Of a stretch of DNA of 64,000 nt, positions 51,352-64,000 are shown piece by piece; position 1 is the stretch's first letter; the number at the start of each line of letters is the position of its first letter. Origin of the DNA: Epiperipatus broadwayi (lineage: Eukaryota > Animalia > Onychophora); NCBI GenBank assembly GCA_028023455.1, contig JAQFVV010000008.1:248001-312000 (forward strand), in the 5' to 3' direction. The notes beneath the pieces are model-generated. The model was not told where the DNA came from. It made no database searches and saw only the letters and a program-made list of their open reading frames with translations. Made by a program: the position numbers and the translations under genes.

Positions 51352-53939
51352 GATAATGTGCTTGACAAGATAGGAACATGTGCGAGGTGCTTTGAGTAAA
51401 TAGACAAGTTTAAGACAATATTTGAAATTAAACGTTCTAAAATATTTATTGATTTCGAGAATAGTACGGACTAAAGCTTACTAAGCAAATGTGGGAATGG
51501 GATCAAAGCATTTATTTGAGAATAATAATAATAGATTTGTATTGGGAGGTCAGTATTGCTGATAGTGAATTTATAAAGTTGGAGGGTGTGAGTCGTTTAA
51601 GTCACGGATGCTTTGTAAAATAAATATAAAATGAAACAATATTGAAGATCCGGAATAATTACGGAGGGCATCTCGCCGCTAACCCGTAGGAAAGTATTTT
51701 GACGAACAGCCGAAACTTAGCGACTGGGTGACGATTGAGTTTAATTCCCAGGGGTGTCATTTGGGACACCCTCTGCCTGGAAACCGCAAGCGTGGAGAGA
51801 ACGGCCTTAGCCATGTAAAGAATCCTTGGAAAAATAAAACAAAGCGGTCTCAACAACCAATTCATGTACCAGCAATACGAGACTAGTGTATATAAAAACA
51901 TACTAAATGGGTTTTACTCGGATTAAGAGAAATGCCCAATCAAATTCCCCGAAATTCATTTAAGAGGGTCCGCACACTCTCGACGTCAATGATGAACTTT
52001 ATAATGAAAGTAGAACACGGTAATTAAAATAGGAAAATGCATGCTTGCGGGTTTGAAAAGTAAGTATAGATTTATATACGCAATCATGCATTTGGGGACA
52101 CATTTAAATCATTGACTTCGCACATATTCTTATATTAGATTAAAATCAATAGCATGTAGATTTTAAACTATGTGATTATATTACATTAAAGAAAAGAATC
52201 GCCCTCGAACGAGTGATTTGCAAGATAATAAAATTGGAAAATTATAAATTTAAAATATGCCTTAATAGCGGCGTCTTACTTTCAATAGAGGGAATAGTTC
52301 ACTCGGTCAAAGACGATTCTGACACATTATCATAATAAAATAAAAGAAAGCTTTATAAATAGAAAATATTAACCCAAGGATAGAGAGCAAAATGTTGAGT
52401 ATATTTAAATACATGAAAGAAATACATAATGAAGTTGTGAAATATAAGAAAACAATGTTAAATAGCTATAGCATGTTAGTTAGGAATCACAAGAGCTCTT
52501 GGGTTAATTTGGGTTACCTCTGGAAACGCATTTGCAGGTAGATGTTCGGCAGGTTTTATAATTCAGCAGCAAAATCTGGAATGTTCATATTTTGGCAGCG
52601 GCTGGCTATTCCGAGGGGACATAGCCATCTTAACGCCTCTACTCGGATATGTCAAGGTTAGCAAATTATTAGAATCTTAGAACAACTCGGAATTCTTTAA
52701 AAGCTTAGAATGGAGAACAAAAGAAAGCCATCCTTTTTATAGTAAAATTTAACAATAGACTTGCCCTGGAGTGTACAAAATTATTGGACTTATCTGCTGT
52801 AATTAAATCTATCCGAATGTCTAAAGGAATTCAACATTAATTAATTTCTTTTGCTAACTTCCCCGTCGACATTCGAATTACAAACTAGATTTAATTAAAA
52901 TTACTGCTACTAATTAAAGAAAACTTAAGTGGACAGCTGCTGTTTTTAGATAAACTTATATAATTAAACTATTGTCCCTCATTTATTTTAACAGAAATAT
53001 TTGGGATGATTTTTATTAAATAAAACGAAAATTATTTTATTTTAAATTGTAATATTTGAATCTATCTACTAAACTAATATTTACTAAATGAATTTTATTT
53101 TAAATCAAAATATATTACGACGGTAATATATTTGTAAATAGATCCAAACAAAATAACTAACAATTTATAATTTTGATATGTTTTAAAATGGATATCATAG
53201 TGTGTGCGCAATTACGACTTATATAACTTGCTTTTTAATAAATGTAAATTATATGAACAAATACATAATTCATAATATTTTATTTTATTTGGGAATAAGA
53301 TATATATATAATACGAGCATTGTGCTCGTGGTTTAAAATTAGGCAGGATTTTCGGTATATAAGTGTATTGCAGACACACTACAATAGATTGGGGTTCAAA
53401 CTAAGGTATGAGGGTAGGAAGTAGGTGAGAAAAGGTGAAACGAAGATCTGCAAAGCAGACCTTACTATTTCAATATATATTAATAATTGACATATATTTA
53501 TCTATAATTTTGATCCATTAATGTTTATTATTTTTTGATTTCTAACACATAAAAATTTTAGCCTTGTTATTTTCAAAAGTGTAAAAATATTATTTAATAT
53601 TTTAATCTTAGATACATTATTTATTATCTATTTAGTAAATTGCAATACTTTATAAGTTTATCTCTTCCCTACCTTTTACTATATTTAAATTAACCAGCAT
53701 ATAAACTTTTTATATTAGTAGGAGATATTGCAAAATTATATATATGGGGCTATAACATTTTACAGTCATAGTGCTGTCTTCTTATGTTTTGATTGGAATA
53801 AATTTAATTATAGAACTACTACTTCAATTAAAAATATAATAGGCCAATAAGATCTATACATCTCTATTTATTAATATGTAAACTTTTCTGTTAACATGTG
53901 TAAATATTTGATATATATTTAAAGTATATCTCATAATCA

Positions 53940-56480
53940 CCATTATTGACTCAATGCAGAATGAAGGTAGTTTCTTACAATTTAATTCAGTTTCTCTGAT
54001 CCATAATTTCTCTTCTCCATACCACTTCACTTAATTTATTTATTTGTCTAATCCAATCATCTCATACATTCTCTTTCTAGCTCTTGCATAATCTCTTAGC
54101 ATTTTGTTTAAGAATTCAACAGTCTATTATCATTTCTTCCAGCAACATATCTAGCCCAGCTATATTTCAGATTCATATTTTTTTTAGTACTGTCAATATT
54201 TGTTCGCACTCATGTATTTCACTTTTGATCCCTCGTTATTCACAACACACATATCTACATCTTTATTGTGTAGTCTGAAGTAAATATCCAAATCTCAGAT
54301 TTATATATAAGAAATAATAAATATCTATTTGAAAAAACCTTTCTTTTCAAACATATGGACATATTTCATTTTAATATTATTTCTGTTAAAAGCACTTTAT
54401 CAAAGGATAGCTCAGTGATTTTTTTTTTATTATTATGTTTATATCTATTACTAAACTAAGATATTTATAGTTAATTTCTTATAATTCATTGATATTTTTC
54501 TTTATTGTTTTCTTTTGTGAATTGACACTCAAACATTTCTTTAGAAACTTTTTGGGATTTATTTTTATTTTATTGCTTTCACTTCATGCTTCATAATTCT
54601 TGTAATATTTCCTGGAGCATTATTTGCAAAATATAGGTAATTTAAATACTTCTCTATTTAGTTTTATTCTTTTGGCTTTTCATTTTAATCCGCAAAACTT
54701 CCTATAAAATTGCTATAAAAAGTTCTTGGAAATAAGTGATCACTCTATCATATATTCTTAATAGTAATCTAATAGTTTGTCACTCTGGAGGTATGTACAT
54801 TTGAGCACCAGAAGTGATAGATTGGGCTGTTAACCATAGTCAACTATTCTCTCATTGCATTAAACCATGCAGGCATCTTTATTACTATTAATTTTAGTAC
54901 CAACCTGTAATCTAATCATTGATGTTGTATTTTGATTAATATTCCCCAGAAATCTTTAGTAAGCGCAGAAATGCTTATTAAGCCAAATGCTTTTTCATAA
55001 TCAATAAATCCAAAACAAAGCGACAGCTCAAATGCATTGGTCTTTTCAATTACACTTAGGTATAATCTACTTTGTTGAACCCACTTTTTAATCCAGCTTT
55101 TCTTTTGGTTGGTTTTAGTCTAATATTCTTTGTAGTTGAATTTCAATGTTCTTAGTAAACTTATGTAGAACAGTAGAAAAACTGACAGGTATGTTGTAAT
55201 TTCTATTTTCTTTTTTACTTTAATGCAATCTTCCATTCATTTAATACATTTTTAATCATTTAGGCATTTGATATAAGTCTTTACAACTATTTCTTTATTT
55301 GTTTTTAAGGATACTTTATCTTTGAACTTTTTTATTTTTCGTAGACTTAATTGCATATCCCGACTTCATTGCATATCCCACCTCTTCATTTAAATATTTG
55401 ACGATTCAAAAAGTTTTGTAATTATAAGGGTGCTTTGTTTTCTTGTTCTTTATTCTATACACTTAAAGGTGTTATCTTTCTTTTTAATAGTAATCTTTTT
55501 TTTAATTGCTGAAACAACTTTCCAAATATCAAGATGTTGAATTATAAGATTTTTATTCTCTTTTACAGCTTTCTTGCTAATTCGCGGTTATTTATTTTTC
55601 TTAGCATTTTACACAACTCTAGACATGTAATTCTATTAAATGGATCATTTTTCAATGTTTTTATTATTTTTTTTTGCATTGCCATGACTCACTTGAAAAT
55701 TTATTTATCAATTACTGCTTTTTTGTACCAGTTTTCTGTGGCAGTTGATTTTAATAGAGTAATAGTTATTTTCTTATTGAATTTGTTTAAATCTGAAGAG
55801 TCATCAAAATCTGTTAATATTTTTAATGATTTTCATATTCTAAATATTCATTTTGTGTGTTGGATCTTTTAGTACATTATAATCTTGAAATATATTTTTC
55901 TATTGGTCAAAACATAATTTAACTTTACCCTCCCTTCCTTTGAATGCTTCTGTGCTCATTTTTGTTTCATATTTTTCTCTAAGAAATTATTCAATATATA
56001 TATATTGTAAATTCCACAAATCTACTTCTTTGTCATTTTTCTTGTCGTACCCAATTTTATCCACAGAACTTTTATCTTTCAATTGCTTTTTAATTTTGCA
56101 TTAAAATCTCTCATATCAATTTTAAAATATTATTTGATCTGATGCAAAGTCTTCTATTTATTTAAATAAAAATCCTCTTTTTCTTTATCAGAACGAGAAC
56201 TTGTTAAGACTTAAATCTGTTTTATCTGTATTTGATATTTTTCATTAAGCTTGTCATTCGATCTGGTATATCATTAATTTCTACAATGTTGTTGTTGTTT
56301 TTTATTTTATAGTATTCACACTACTTGTGCTTTGAGTATTAGTATTTTCATAATAAAATTTATATCCAGTTTTTAAGTGATCTCTTTGTCTTCTAACTTT
56401 TGTAAAGTCAGATAATATCCCATTTAATATTAGACAGCTCTTTCAATTCATGCAGACTGGGTATTCTTACAAATTCTGTC
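53940..56480 (-). mobile_element. RTE-clade LINE, degenerate APE+RT with 3' end
   Basis: WDII (APE), LSLCFGFIDYEKAFG, FANNA (cf. FADD), WARYVAGRNDNR and RWMDEM; same family type as 24143-26445. Confidence 0.8.
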
Positions 56481-56559
56481 TTATGTCACCAATTGTTGGT
56501 GACTTAATAATTTTTCTATGAGTTAGGGCCATTATTTAGTTTCTCTGCCATGATTGTAA

Positions 56560-58610
56560 GTATAAAAGAGAATGATTTTTTATATTCTTATTTACATATT
56601 ATGCTATCTTCAAAAATACACTATTGAAGTTTCGGTTAAGATCTGTCAGGTAAATGAGAAGACAGAATGATATTTCTTGATTTTAAACTCAGAGATAAAA
56701 AGCTGTCCAATTCATTTTCATTTACCATATTAATATGTGCGGTAGATATTAAGAATTTTCTCTGCTCATTTTCTTTTAGGACTTCTCATCTTATCCTTGT
56801 CATTTTTTTCTAAAACAATATATTTAAAGCCTCTTTTTTTTCTAATTATTCTTGTTTGTTCCATATATAAAGTTATAGCCCAAACAAAACATTGAGCAAA
56901 CCTCTTTCTTAAATCTAATTTTAATGGATCAGAAAGTAATCATCAATGATATTAAAGAAACCTATTTACTCATTGCTATTCTCATTCTTGTTATCAATTA
57001 TCCAACTTCCCAAATATTTAAACATATTAATTTGCTCCATATTTTTTTTAACTATTGCTAATTCTTAATATTTTTATGTCACCACTTTTCATTGTTTTAG
57101 TTTTATTTACATTTAATTTCTTACCAAACTTTCAATAGTTTTGTAATCCTTGAATTTTTTTTAAACTCATTTTAGTGTCTTTAAGTAATGTTATGAAATC
57201 AAATCTCAGACAATTCACTCTTCTTTCTCCAATATTAACTTCATAATTATTAAACAATATTTATTTAACAACTCATATAAGAATATGTTGAATCAAACGA
57301 GATATACAATATCCATGTCTTATTCTTCTTCCTTTATCTTTTGTAAGACCATTATATTTTAGAGATGATTTCTATTTCAGATATATATTTTCTAATAAAC
57401 ATATCTTTTTCAGTTTTTATCAAAATATCCATCAAAGTTACGCAATTACTCTTAAGATATCAATAAAAAAATACGAGTCTTTTCAAGAACCTCAATATCT
57501 CTTGATTAGTAATCACTTTTTAATTTTATTTTTTGTACTTTCCCAATTTCTAAATCTATGTGGCTTATGAGATATGGGTATGTCTAATCAATTGGAAATC
57601 CATCTATTTGAATTTTTAGCAACTCCACAACATATTAAGCTAATTGTTGTAAAATTTTTACATGTTGCATTGGTTTTTTTTTCTAGTGGAATATGACTTC
57701 TCATTTAAATCTTAAATTAAATCTGAAATGTTAGTTTTTTTAAGTCATTTTATCACAAAGTCTTACTTTTATTATTTCCTTGTGCTTTGTCATTTTTCAT
57801 TTCATTTAAAGATTTTACAATTTCATTTGCATGAACTATTTCATCTTTTGGGAGCTTCTTTTTCCCAATCCATTTGTTTTATTCTTCTCTATATTCATTC
57901 AAATCTTTTTTTTTTCTTGGTAATTTCTCTATTTTTCTGATTTTTCTTTTTAATTATTTTTTTAAAATCTTTTTTATGTATTAATTTACTGTTACAAACT
58001 TTTATACATATTTCTACATTCTATTAAATTGTTAATGATCTTTTTAATTTTTTTTTTATCACTCATTTCTTAATAATAATAATCTTCCACCACTAATTAT
58101 CTTTTCTCTAATTCATTACAGCAATCTACTCTTCTGTTGCCATTGTAAAAATGTTATATTTTATGTAAATATGACTTCTCTCTTCATTATTATCACTAGT
58201 CAGTATATATGGCTAAATAATCACTAGATTATTTGGAACTTTTTGTTCAAAACTATTCCTACACTATTATACCCATTGCTATTTCTAGAAATGTTTTACC
58301 ACCTCCCCACAGCTTAGCATTCAGCTTTGATTTATGTAATCCTACAGTGTTTAAAAATTCCCTTTCTGTGTCTGATAATAAATTTATCATCTTTTCTAGC
58401 ATATTCTTTGTCATAACATTTCATGCACATGTTCTTACAGTATTTTTTAAGGCCAAGATTTTATTATGCAATCATTTCTGCATTAGTACACTTAACCATT
58501 GGAATCCATATTTCCCCTGGAATATTGTTTCATTTGCTTTCTCCAACATCTTTATAGAATGTGTTATTTTTATATGTATATCAACTTCTTTGTAGTCTTA
58601 AATAGACATA
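56560..58610 (-). mobile_element. Second RTE-like LINE remnant
   Basis: GKYG (APE region), a GxRxG-like motif near 57320, EQINMFKYLGSWI and RIAMSK. Confidence 0.65.
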
Positions 58611-58939
58611 GAAATTAATATTTTAACAAAACATTTATAACTTGATAGTAAAGTACTGTGGATAACCATAGTTAATTTTCATTTTTGGTACTATTATTTC
58701 TATTTGATCATAAAATCAGAAAGAAAAAAATCATTAAAAAATTTAGTATAAATCTTAAGGAACTTATCTTTTAATTATTTGTTACATGCATTTATTAATG
58801 TTTAAAATTGCACACAAATTTTATAAGCACATTATATGTGTGCATGATCTAATGATTCATCAAGCACATTCTGCAAATGATCATGATGACAAAAAAATTG
58901 AAATTATATTTGAAAAAATTATAAAACAATATAAACAAT

Positions 58940-59620
58940 GTATGTGTGACATTGGATTATTGTAAAGGGATAAGGATGATAAACTGAGAAGATAGTTTAG
59001 GGGTGACCAGTGATAGAGTTAAAAGAGTGTTAATAAGGATTTACATTTGAAAAGATCTATGTGATAATATATTTTGATTAGATTATATTTTAATGCAAAA
59101 TAATTTTAGGAATAGAAATTAAGAATGCATATGGACTTTCTTAAATTGGTATAGATTCAGATCATAATTTATTGATGGTAAAATTAAGATTATATTTTAA
59201 AAGAATGTTAGGAGCTAAAATAAAAGAGAAATGGTCTAATTAAGTAAATTGAAATGAAATATTAGAGAATATTTGTTAAATGTTTAGGTTGACAAAATAA
59301 ACATGAGGAATCTATTGGTGAAGTAAATTGAGTTAAAATATTAAAAAGACTAGTAGGTTAAAGAATAAATGAGACCAGAAAAACTCCTGAGTTGCCAGTG
59401 AGATGATGAATCAAATGATAATATGAAAGATGGAAAGATAGAAATTGGTAGGATATATGCATAAATGCAGATGGCTTAAAAAGAACCAAGAGATGAAATC
59501 TAAAGCTAATTATGAATAATTAAAAAGGCAATAAAAAGATATAGAGGCGTGATTAAAAAAAATATAGAATTTGAATTAGTAAAATATAATAATTTGGGCA
59601 GGACAAGTCAAAATTATAGG
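58940..59620 (+). mobile_element. Fragmented LINE remnant
   Basis: CDIGLL, FNA and RWKDRNW-like motifs; purine-rich strand bias. Confidence 0.35.
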
Positions 59621-60513
59621 AATTAATGGTTAAAATATTAAATTATTAATGAAAAAAAAAAAAGAAGTGAATACATGAAGAGATGGGTCAAATTGATTGT
59701 GATTTATATTATAAAAATGAAAACTATCTATTAACTGATAAAATAAATCAAAATACTAACTGTAAATATAAATTATAATAATATTTGTCCAATTGAATTT
59801 TCAGATTAAATGGCAATTATAAAATAATTAATTGCTTCCAAATTATAGGCTTAACTTGCTTTCAGTGCATGCATACCATCAAAATCCAGTTTAGTTTATA
59901 ATATTGAAGGAATTATTTTATACTAGTTATTTACCATACTATAATAATGAAGGAAACAGTTGTAGAAGCTGGAACTGAAATAGTAAAATAATTGATAGTC
60001 TATAAATTTTAAATGAAAAGGATTGTGGGAATTTAATTAATAATTGTAATATAATTATGCTCAGAAGAATAGTCATTGAAATGAGATTTTTAAACGACTT
60101 AATTTGATACACTGTATAATTAAAATATTGCTAAACTGTCTTGAATAAATGGATTTTTCAATAGCCATTTACAAAAGATAGAGATGAGATGAATTTAGAT
60201 TGTTGAAAACTATTGTTGATATATATGTAGATAAAAAATTAAGTAGCTTTTTATAGCACATTGTAGAACAAAGTCCTTTTTAACAGCACTCCCCTTCTTC
60301 TTAAAATTAAGGAGAAATCAAAAGATTTGCTGAAATTTTAAAGTGGAGATTGTTTGAATGATTTTCCATTTTTGTCTTACTCTCTAGCTAAAAAATAGCT
60401 AGATATTCCATTAGCAACCAATTTAAAATAATTAGTTGTGCTGATTATGGCCAACTATCTGAGAGGAACATTCCTAAACCAGATTAGAACCTGAAATTTT
60501 TTTAGTTTTATAC

Positions 60514-60540
60514 TCTATATATATATAGAGAGAGAGAGAG
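60514..60540. repeat. Compound (TA)n(GA)n microsatellite
   Basis: Read directly. Confidence 0.9.
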
Positions 60541-60729
60541 AAAGAGAGAAAAAAAAAACATTTCATTGATCTTGAAAAAAAAATGGAAAAAACAAATTGA
60601 ATACATTGAAAAGATTATGTATAAATTTGGTTGAAGTATTTATTAGGAAATTTGTATATTAATCAGATAATGTCTATGTGATCTATTCTTTTCATTAAAG
60701 TGTTTATTTACTATGTTTTATTTAATATA

Positions 60730-61360
60730 TGTTATGTTTTGTTCTGGATTACAGACCCAACCAACAGAAAATAATGTAAAATAATACTGAAACATGTATT
60801 ATAATTAATATATTTATTATATGTACAAATATATACAAAACAATATACAAGTGAGTATTTACAATGTTGTACATTCGAGTTTAACATGAACTCTGGGTTC
60901 TGCCTACCGCTTCCAGCTACACCTGATGGCTTGCCTCACGGATAGGGTGTATGGCTCTTCCAGCTGTACAAGACAGCTTGCCTCGAGCTGAGAGTGGTCT
61001 TGGTAGCGTCCGGTCTCTGTGGGACTTGCCTAGCTGCGTAGACTAAATAGCGTAGTGCTATCAATGGGAATACTTGCTGCTGTTCAGGTTAGCAAAGCTT
61101 CCCTGGGAGAATGCAGTCTTTTCAGGTTGGACAGACGTTCTTCCCTGATTCTTACAAAAGGCTGACTATTTATAGCCAGATCCTGGAACGTATTGAAAAC
61201 CTTCGGATTCAGCAAGCATCGTTGCTTATTGGCCTGTAATAATCATTGGCTATGTTTTTATCTATACATCAGCCTATTGTTGTGGCAAACAATGCTTAAT
61301 CCGATCAGATAAGGAAGCATCTGGACTAGTCCACTTCTGAGAGAAGGGAGGACTATAACA
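60730..61360 (-). mobile_element. Solo LTR, 631 bp, 5-bp TSD ATATA
   Basis: TGTTAT...ATAACA termini; ATATA at 60725-60729 and 61361-61365; minus-strand TATAAATA near 61170 and AATAAA near 60815. Confidence 0.85.
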
Positions 61361-61419
61361 ATATACATAGATGATTTATTAAACGAACATTGTTGATAAT
61401 TATAAAGTTAGGATTCATT

Positions 61420-61830
61420 GTATCAAAGGATACAGCAAAACATGTATATACTAAAGATCATTTATCAAAATACTTGTGGAAAGTTTGAGATGAAAATAAA
61501 TATCAATAAAACTAACACACTTAATATGGGTGTTGAGGCAAAAACATTAAGAATAGATGCTGAACAAACAGTTACACAACAAATTAATGCTTTTATATAT
61601 TTGAGAAGTTGAATAACTAATTATTGAAGTAATGATAATAAATTAGAATATAAATTGCAATTGCTAAACAAGGTTTTAATAAGAGGAGAAAATTATTTTG
61701 TGGTTTGCTAAAATTAGATTAAAGAAAAGGCATGTTAAATATTTTATTTGAAACAGATTAAGCTATTAGAGAAAAATTGGAAGTGTTAAACGTGCAATTG
61801 GAGAAGATAGTGGGAAGGATAACATTAGAA
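61420..61830 (+). mobile_element. RTE-like LINE 3' RT fragment
   Basis: MKININKT, FIYLRS (cf. YLGS) and IAIAKQGFNKR. Confidence 0.7.
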
Positions 61831-62870
61831 ATGTAGAAGTCATTTATTTGTAATGAATTATTTTTACTTTGATTTCATATTTATTAAAATGACAAATTTA
61901 TGATTTCTGTGAAGTACTACAATAAATTGTTAAAATAATTGTTTTTCAAATATTTATTTGTTTGACTTATTGTAATAAATGATATATGATTCAAGACTAT
62001 AATTTGAAAATACAATAATCAGTAATATTTTTATAAATGAATCATTAATACTGTTTATTGAATGCTGCATAACACTATCACATTAAAATATTATTACAAT
62101 TTAATTTAAAGGTGCCAAATTTCCCATGCTCACAATTATAGCACTATCCATAAATACAAATACCTTAATGAATATTACTTATCATTTATTGGTTTATAAA
62201 GTATTATATTATTTCTAACTCAACTATATATTTTAATCTCTTATTAAAGATTAACATATTTATTTTATTCTCTTCTTAAATATATTTATTAAGTTTGAAA
62301 TTTCGTCACATATAATTTAATTATGTGAAGAAAGACATCTCATAAAGATAAATAATTCCCAAACCAGCATTCATCAGTTGGTCGTTATATATATAATTAA
62401 AGTATATGTAATGAAAATTGAGAATTATAAATGTATTAAAATATGCATTATAAAACCAGCAGTCTAGAATATTGTATTTTTCATGGAAAGATTTTAATTG
62501 GTATATTTGACACATGTATATATTTTGATATTTTAGAATCAAGAACTAATTCTCAGATGAGTAAAAAAAAAAATCAGTTTATATCAAAATAAATGAAACT
62601 TGTGCTCAATCTGTCATTTGGATGCTTTAATGTTATTTGACCTGAATAATTAAATCCATTCAATTATTTATTTATTTTTAAAATATTATTTATTAAAAGT
62701 AACAAATTTTAAACAAACCATTTTTAAATACATTAATTTCAATAGAATAATTACAACTGTATTAAATAATATAATTATATTTATTTTACTATAAATAGTA
62801 ATTATATTTTCTTAGTTGTTTGTGGGAAGGGGATCTGTGATCTAGAATTGTGAGGAACCTTCATGTAGAT

Positions 62871-64000
62871 CAGGGATGGTGAACCTTTTTACATGTACCT
62901 GCCAAAAATTTCCAAAAAGTATTTATTGAATGATTGGCTTGCCATACAGTTATTAAATCAAAATATAAACAACTTAATTTTTACAGTTTTTTAAAAGTTT
63001 ATAAAATAAAATAATAATAATAATTAAACAAAAATTCTAAAAAAGCTAAATAAAAGTGAGCAATATTTATTTTGAAGAGCACATGTTGAATAAAATGTAA
63101 TAGTAAAAAATTAATAGTAATTAAAACAAAATTTTGGAAATAAACATAAAATCAATGTAAATAGACATTATTTAATAAGATTTTTGCTGTTGGACATTGG
63201 ATGCCAAATGCTTTATATCTGGTTCACATTTTGTCAATTTTAATAATGTAGATGCTCAACCAGATTCATCTGTCATTCTATTTTTCAAACTGTCTTTAAT
63301 TAAATTCATTTCTGAAAACAATGATTCACATGCATATGTAGAGGAGAAAATTGATAATATAGCGGTCGCTAATTTTTTTAAACAATCAAATGTTTCAGGA
63401 ATAGCATTCCAGGCAGTCAGTAGTTCCTCTTCGGCATTTTTTTTACATGTGTCCAATAATGAATCATTCTCCATTGTTTCTAACTCATTCCTCAAATCAA
63501 CAAATTTCTATTTCCATATAGAACTGATTGAAAATTGACTGATTGCATTTTCGTATTTTCCTAATTAAGCCATTCAAAATTTTCTAACTTGAGACTCCAT
63601 TGATATTGTGTCTGGGTATAAAATAAATTTTGATGTTTTTGAAAATTATCTGAACTGTGTAAATCTTAAAGAAAATTCATCAATTATCAATTGAATTACA
63701 GCACAAAAATCTTGCATTGCATCAACTTTACATGATCTGGCTTCTTGTGAGATTCTAAATCACTCAAGAACTTTTTTAGATTTGGAAAATATTTGAAGGT
63801 CTAAGAAATAACATCATGGTCGAATATTTGAATTTAACTTTTAATGCTTTGATCAAATCAAATGTGACAACAATTGTCTTATTATAACCTTGCAGTTTCA
63901 CTTTTAATTCATGTAGATGTAAACACACATCAATAAAAACATTAATTTCAAAAGCCATTCAACATCCATAAATTCATTATATTTTTCAATGATTTTCTCA
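62871..64000 (-). mobile_element. hAT-Charlie (SPIN/GTF2IRD2-like) DNA transposon, runs off the window
   Basis: TIR CAGGGATGGTGAACC at 62871, preceded by ATGTAGAT (close to the NTCTAGAN target); transposase remnant within. Confidence 0.85.
63172..64000 (-). pseudogene. Disrupted hAT transposase C-terminal half
   Basis: FIDVCLHLHELKVKLQG, LATAILSIFSSTYACESLFSEMNLIK (hAT dimerisation domain) and a QQQKSY* end; frameshifts and stops. Confidence 0.85.

Noticed and set aside
53300-53410. tRNA/SINE (GGTTCAAAC B-box) or Helitron 3' end (ACGAGCA-TTG-TGCTCGT)
   Set aside because: No cloverleaf or proper A-box spacing, and no CTRR after the hairpin on either strand.
950-62400. Other CUGANGA matches as hammerheads
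   Set aside because: Those I checked on both strands lack a stem II followed by GAAA and an NUH site; only the three family copies have the full topology.
4272-62542. Short ORFs in the supplied track as host genes
   Set aside because: They are low-complexity, F/I/L/K-rich products of AT-rich DNA or pieces/antisense of TE remnants; none resembles a host protein. Only 41053-42324, 42979-43242, 47504-47689, 61418-61612 and the hAT ORFs carry TE motifs.

Overview
Very AT-rich, CpG-depleted metazoan genomic DNA (arthropod-like by inference); there is no operon structure, CRISPR array, rRNA or convincing tRNA. The only recognisable host gene is the V-ATPase 16 kDa proteolipid subunit c (Vha16/ATP6V0C) on the minus strand. 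Its coding exon 1 is at 37227-37146 and exon 2 at 9873-9684, separated by a 27.3 kb intron; exon 3 was not found and probably lies left of the window. Its promoter (~37230-37500) has an M-box, four CCAAT boxes and a YY1-like motif and looks bidirectional, with a candidate non-coding exon on the plus strand. The rest is transposon debris: several RTE-type and other LINE remnants, Gypsy-like pol remnants, a solo LTR, an LTR-like young insert, two related TIR elements and a hAT-Charlie transposase remnant. The most interesting signal is a small repeat family with three copies (38240-38800, 46219-46285, 49328-50097). Each copy is made of two outward-facing ends of the same unit and is flanked by an 11-12 bp direct repeat. 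The two larger copies together carry three minimal type I hammerhead ribozyme motifs with a palindromic helix III. This matches inverted pseudo-LTR insertions of Penelope-like retroelements. Several unrelated sequences in the window show a similar inverted-plus-tandem architecture. All alignments and translations were done by eye, so TE boundaries are approximate unless a TSD or TIR is quoted.
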